NCBI GenBank assembly: GCA_963820525.1
Contig: CAWGAA010000002.1
Location: 448,001-512,000, forward strand
Origin: an uncultured Spirochaetota bacterium
GTDB lineage: Bacteria; Spirochaetota; Spirochaetia; SZUA-6; Fen-1364
Length of the DNA: 64,000 nucleotides
Direction of reading: 5' to 3'
In this document: positions 60,302-64,000 of the stretch, piece by piece
How the letters are laid out: each line of letters starts with the position of its first letter
Numbering within the stretch: the first letter of the stretch is position 1
Position numbers and translations under genes: made by a program
Notes under the pieces: generated by a model
What the model saw: only the letters and a program-made list of their open reading frames with translations
Databases searched by the model: none
What the model was told of the DNA's origin: nothing

Positions 60302-61998
60302 ATGACTCCGAGAGCCGGCTCCTCTCCTGCTGATCGACGGCGCCGAGCGGGCGGCGGTCGCGGGGAGGCGAGCCTTTCGCGGATTGCGCGCCGCAGTCCG
60401 CTCGTCAAGGTCCTCGCGGACCTCGGCCTTCTCTCTCTCGCGGCGCTGCTGTTCTCGCTGTCGTTTCCGAGCTTCCTCTCGGATTGGGGATGGCCTCCCC
60501 TGGCTTTCTTCTGCCTCGTCCCGCTCTTCATTGCGGCTCATCGGGCGTCGTGGCCCGCCGTTCCATTCTACGGGATCTTTTTCGGGTACGTGAGCTACGC
60601 GATATTCAACTACTGGCTGGGCAAGTTCCATCCCCTGACGCTCCTGGTGGTCCCGCCGATCTACGCATCATACTTTCTCGTCGTGCTGCCCGCGATCAAG
60701 CTCGCCGACACATTGCTTCCCGATTACGGCTTCCTGGTCCAGTCGGCCCTCTGGGTCTGCTACGAGTACTTTCTCAAGTCCAACGGCTTTCTCGCATACA
60801 CCTATGGGAACATGGGCTACTCGCAGTACCTCTTCCTCCCCTTCATCCGTATTTCCAGCCTTTTCGGGGTCTGGGGGGTCTCGCTTCTCGTCGTGCTTCC
60901 ATCGGCGATCATTGCGGCCGTGTTTCGAAACGGAGCGGCGGGCGCCCGCGCGAGGCTGAAGATGCACGCCCCCGCCATGGCGGCGTACGTCGTGGTGTTT
61001 GTCGGCGTGATCGCGTTCGGCCTTGCCACGCGGAGCGACCTCTCCGGCGCCCGGCAGTGGAAGGTGGCCCTCGTCCAGCAGAACGTTGACCCGTGGAAGG
61101 GGGGGTATTCGGCGTATGCCCAGTCCCTCGATGCCGATATCCGCCAGAGCGAGAAAGCGATGGCCGAGAAGCCCCAGATCGTGATCTGGTCAGAGACATC
61201 CTTCGTGCCGGCGATCGATTGGCACACCCGCTACCGCACCGACGAGCAGACCTACGCCCTGGTCAGGCGGCTGATCGATTACCTCGGCTCCCAGAGCGTT
61301 CCCTTCGTCGTGGGGAACGACGATGGAGAGCTGAAGCGGCGGGAATCGGGGCAGGAGGAGCGCGTCGACTACAATGCGGCCATCCTCTTCGACCACGGCA
61401 GGATGGTGGACACCTACCGCAAGCTCCACCTCGTGCCCTTCACAGAATACTTCCCCTACGAGCGTACCCTGCCGTGGGCCTATGCATGGCTGAAGAACGC
61501 CGACACGCATTTCTGGGAGAAGGGTGAGGTGTACACGGTCTTCCAGGCCGCCGGGGTGAAGTTCTCCACTCCCATCTGCTTCGAAGATACCTTCGGCTAT
61601 CTCTGCAGGGGCTTTTTCATCCACGGGGCCGAAGTTCTCGTCAACATCACGAACGACGCTTGGTCCTTCTCCGTCCCCGGGGCCATGCAGCACATGAGCA
61701 TGGCCGTGTTTCGCGCGGTGGAGAACAAGAGGTCCGTGGTCCGTTCGACCAACGGAGGAATCACCTGCATCATCGATCCCAACGGCAGAATAACGCGGAT
61801 CCTCCCCCCTTCGTGGAGTCGAACCTCGTGGGAGATGTCCCCGTGTACACGCGGGAGACGACCCTCTACACGCTCTGGGGCGATTGGCTGCCCTGGCTCC
61901 TTTTCGCGCTGTGCGCGGGAGGCCTCATTGCGGGGGCGGCGCGGACAATCCGGGCAAAAAGAGGCGCGGGGGCCTCCGGGAAACACGGCGCCGATTGA
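60302..61998 (+). CDS. lnt: Apolipoprotein N-acyltransferase, paralog 2; apparent frameshift at the C6 run 61804-61809
   Basis: WSET, YRKLHLVPFTE, PICFED, FRAVEN; adding one C gives ...ILPPFVESNLVGDVPVY...TLYTLWGDWLPW, the usual Lnt ending, with a stop at 61998. Confidence 0.88.
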
Positions 61999-62050
61999 CA
62001 GGACCGCGAAACTGGGCCAAAATGTGCGCGGGATCGGGGAGAAGCAGAAT

Positions 62051-62797
62051 ATGAAGCTGAAAGGGAAAATCCTCATCGTCGACGACGAGCCGATCAACCT
62101 CGAGTTCTTCGATGTCATGCTGAGCAAGCTCGGCTTCGAGGTGGACAAGGCCATCGACGGGGAAGAAGCCCTCGAGAAGGTTCAGAGCGGAAATCCCGAT
62201 CTCATCATCCTCGACAACATCATGCCCAAGCTCTCGGGATGGGAAGTGACCCGGCTGCTCAAGCAGGGCAAGGAATACCGCAAGTACAGGAACATCCCGA
62301 TAATCATGTTCTCCGCCATGAACGAGGTGAAGGACAGGATCGACGGTTTCGAGCTGGGCGTCGACGACTACATAACCAAGCCCTTCAACTTCTCCGAGGT
62401 TCTTGCCCGCATCCGCGCCGTGCTCAGAAGCCGCGAGCTCACCAAGCAGCTCATGCGCCGGGAGAAGAGGATCGCTGTTGTCGAATCCCTCAACAACTCG
62501 CTGGTCTTCTTCACGCAGCACATCAAGAAACCGATCTCCGAGCTTCTCGAGCTCGCGGAGAAGACCAAGAGCGGGGACGGCGGCGCCGTGGAAGCCCTCA
62601 TCGAGAAGATCCGCGCCGAAGGGCGGGAGATTCTGGCCACTATACGGGGGCTGGAGGACGAGGTGGAAGAGCTGCAGAGCAAGGGAGAGAAGCTGCGGCG
62701 CGGAGATCTCTCCCTCGAAGACCTCGAGAGGAAGCTCCGCAAGCATCTTCGAAACTGGAAGAAGAGGCAGGAAAAACTCGAAGGGGTGGGCAGGTGA
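62051..62797 (+). CDS. Response regulator (REC domain plus coiled-coil C-terminus)
   Basis: KILIVDDE, DLIILDNIMP, FSA, DDYITKPF; own ATG with a GGAG RBS. Confidence 0.9.
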   Translation: MKLKGKILIVDDEPINLEFFDVMLSKLGFEVDKAIDGEEALEKVQSGNPDLIILDNIMPKLSGWEVTRLLKQGKEYRKYRNIPIIMFSAMNEVKDRIDGFELGVDDYITKPFNFSEVLARIRAVLRSRELTKQLMRREKRIAVVESLNNSLVFFTQHIKKPISELLELAEKTKSGDGGAVEALIEKIRAEGREILATIRGLEDEVEELQSKGEKLRRGDLSLEDLERKLRKHLRNWKKRQEKLEGVGR

Positions 62798-63015
62798 TCA
62801 GCCAGGAAAAGATGTCGGTCCTCGAGCTTTTCGCGGAAGGCAGGAAGCTCTACAAGCTGATGAAGTTCGAGGAAGCGCGGGATGCTTTCGCAAAAGCGCT
62901 CAAGATAGATCCCGAGGACGGCCCATCGAAGGTCTACTACACGCGCTGCAAGCACTATATCGAAAACCCGCCTCCCGAGGATTGGGACGGCGTGTTCGTG
63001 ATGAAGACGAAGTAG
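62794..63015 (+). CDS. Small stand-alone TPR-like protein (73 aa)
   Basis: GTGA overlap; F.EG..LY....F..A...F..AL..DP.DGPS..Y..RC......PP.DWDGV. Confidence 0.8.
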   Translation: MISQEKMSVLELFAEGRKLYKLMKFEEARDAFAKALKIDPEDGPSKVYYTRCKHYIENPPPEDWDGVFVMKTK

Positions 63016-63022
63016 GTTTCCC

Positions 63023-63436
63023 ATGGCCAAGAACGAAGATCACAAGGGAATCGAGAAGATCTCCACGACTCTCGGCAAGGAGACGACCTTCAACGGCGTC
63101 ATGCGCTTCAAGGACTCGCTGAAGATCGACGGAGTTTTTACCGGGGAGATCGTTTCCACGGGGTTCCTCTACATCGAGAACGGGGCCATGGTCACGGCCA
63201 ACATCAAAGTGAACTCCATCGTCATCGGCGGCACCATCAAGGGCAACGTCGAGGCCACCGAGAAGCTGGAGATGCTGGCCACGGGCAAGGTTTTCGGGAA
63301 CATCAGGACGGCGAAGCTGAAAATCGCCGATGGGGTGGTCTTCGAGGGCAAGTGCGAGATGATCAAGAACCCCCAGGCAGTGAACATCTTCTCTGGGCCG
63401 GTGGACCAGCTGAAAAAAGCCGCTCAGAGTGTCTGA
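63023..63436 (+). CDS. Bactofilin (second paralog)
   Basis: TTLGKETTFNG...LKIDG.F.GEI...V.GNI.T..L.I..G..FEG.C. Confidence 0.92.
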   Translation: MAKNEDHKGIEKISTTLGKETTFNGVMRFKDSLKIDGVFTGEIVSTGFLYIENGAMVTANIKVNSIVIGGTIKGNVEATEKLEMLATGKVFGNIRTAKLKIADGVVFEGKCEMIKNPQAVNIFSGPVDQLKKAAQSV

Positions 63437-64000
63437 CCTTGGAACTGCCACCATCCTCTGCGTCGGAAGCGAGCTGACCGAAGGGATCGTCCAGGATACC
63501 CATGTGCGCTTTCTCTCCTCCGAGCTCACCGCCCTCGGCTTTTCCGTGAGCCGCGGGGAGCAGGTTCCCGACGACGAAGCGGTTTTCCGCGAAGAGATCA
63601 TCCGGGCGGCCTCGGGGAGTCAGATCGTCATCGTGACGGGCGGGCTGGGCCCGACCTCCGACGATCTCACCCGCGAGGTGGTCGCCGAGGCCGCGGGCAT
63701 GCCCCTGGAGTTTCATCCCGAGGTTTGGGAGGCTCTTCAGGCTCGATTCGCCGGCGCTCGGATCCCGGAGGCGAACCGAAAACAGGCAATGGCGCCAAGA
63801 GGTTTTACCCTCATTGCCAATGAGCATGGGACGGCGCCGGGGTTCTATGGGAAGGTGAAGCGAGCCCTCGTGATAGCCCTTCCGGGCCCGCCGGGCGAGC
63901 TTCGGCCGATGTTTTCCGAGCGCGTGATGCCCCTGATAGCGCAGAGGTTCGCCGCGGAGAAGGGGAGCGAGGCGCTTCGCGCAACGGCTCTGCTCGTGCC
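63429..64000 (+). CDS. cinA: CinA family competence/damage-inducible protein, N-terminal molybdopterin-binding domain (runs off the window)
   Basis: Translated by hand from GTG 63429: ILCVGSELTEG..QDT, VPDD, IVTGGLGPTSDDLTRE, NRKQA, GTAPG, LPGPP.EL. Confidence 0.9.
   Translation, partial: MSDLGTATILCVGSELTEGIVQDTHVRFLSSELTALGFSVSRGEQVPDDEAVFREEIIRAASGSQIVIVTGGLGPTSDDLTREVVAEAAGMPLEFHPEVWEALQARFAGARIPEANRKQAMAPRGFTLIANEHGTAPGFYGKVKRALVIALPGPPGELRPMFSERVMPLIAQRFAAEKGSEALRATALLV

Noticed and set aside
60302..62797. Apparent 831-aa Lnt-response regulator fusion in the ORF track
   Set aside because: Produced by a 1-nt deletion in the C run at 61804-61809. The real Lnt C-terminus is in another frame ending at 61998, and the regulator has its own RBS and ATG at 62051.

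Overview
The window looks like a high-GC spirochaete chromosome segment. This is inferred from gene order (tatD/M23/bactofilin/YaaR/PSP1, rpsT-HU, gltX-glyQS-tyrS) and from spirochaete-like 23S rRNA sequence. Housekeeping DNA occupies about 1-12.3 kb and 45.8-64 kb, on either side of a ~33 kb conflict/defence island with no integrase in view. The island holds, in order: two lipoprotein genes; a 3430-aa signal-peptide-bearing SpvB/FG-GAP/RHS (TcB-TcC-like) polymorphic toxin with a Zn-amidase tip and a putative immunity gene; a dense hairpin cluster; an orphan 3' fragment of 23S rRNA plus a 5S gene; a two-gene nuclease-STAND (Avs-like) candidate anti-phage system; a type I R-M locus whose hsdM is split by IS630; an orphan RHS/C-terminal toxin-immunity module; and an IS1634. 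The most striking unexplained signal is a ~190-nt structured, covarying element (Flavo-1-like) present twice, at 26152-26337 and 40451-40641. Each copy sits immediately upstream of a 5'-truncated gene (23S rRNA, RHS), and the two copies bracket a 14-kb cargo like recombination sites. Three housekeeping genes carry single-base homopolymer frameshifts that look like sequencing errors. All family calls are from motif recognition; no searches were run.
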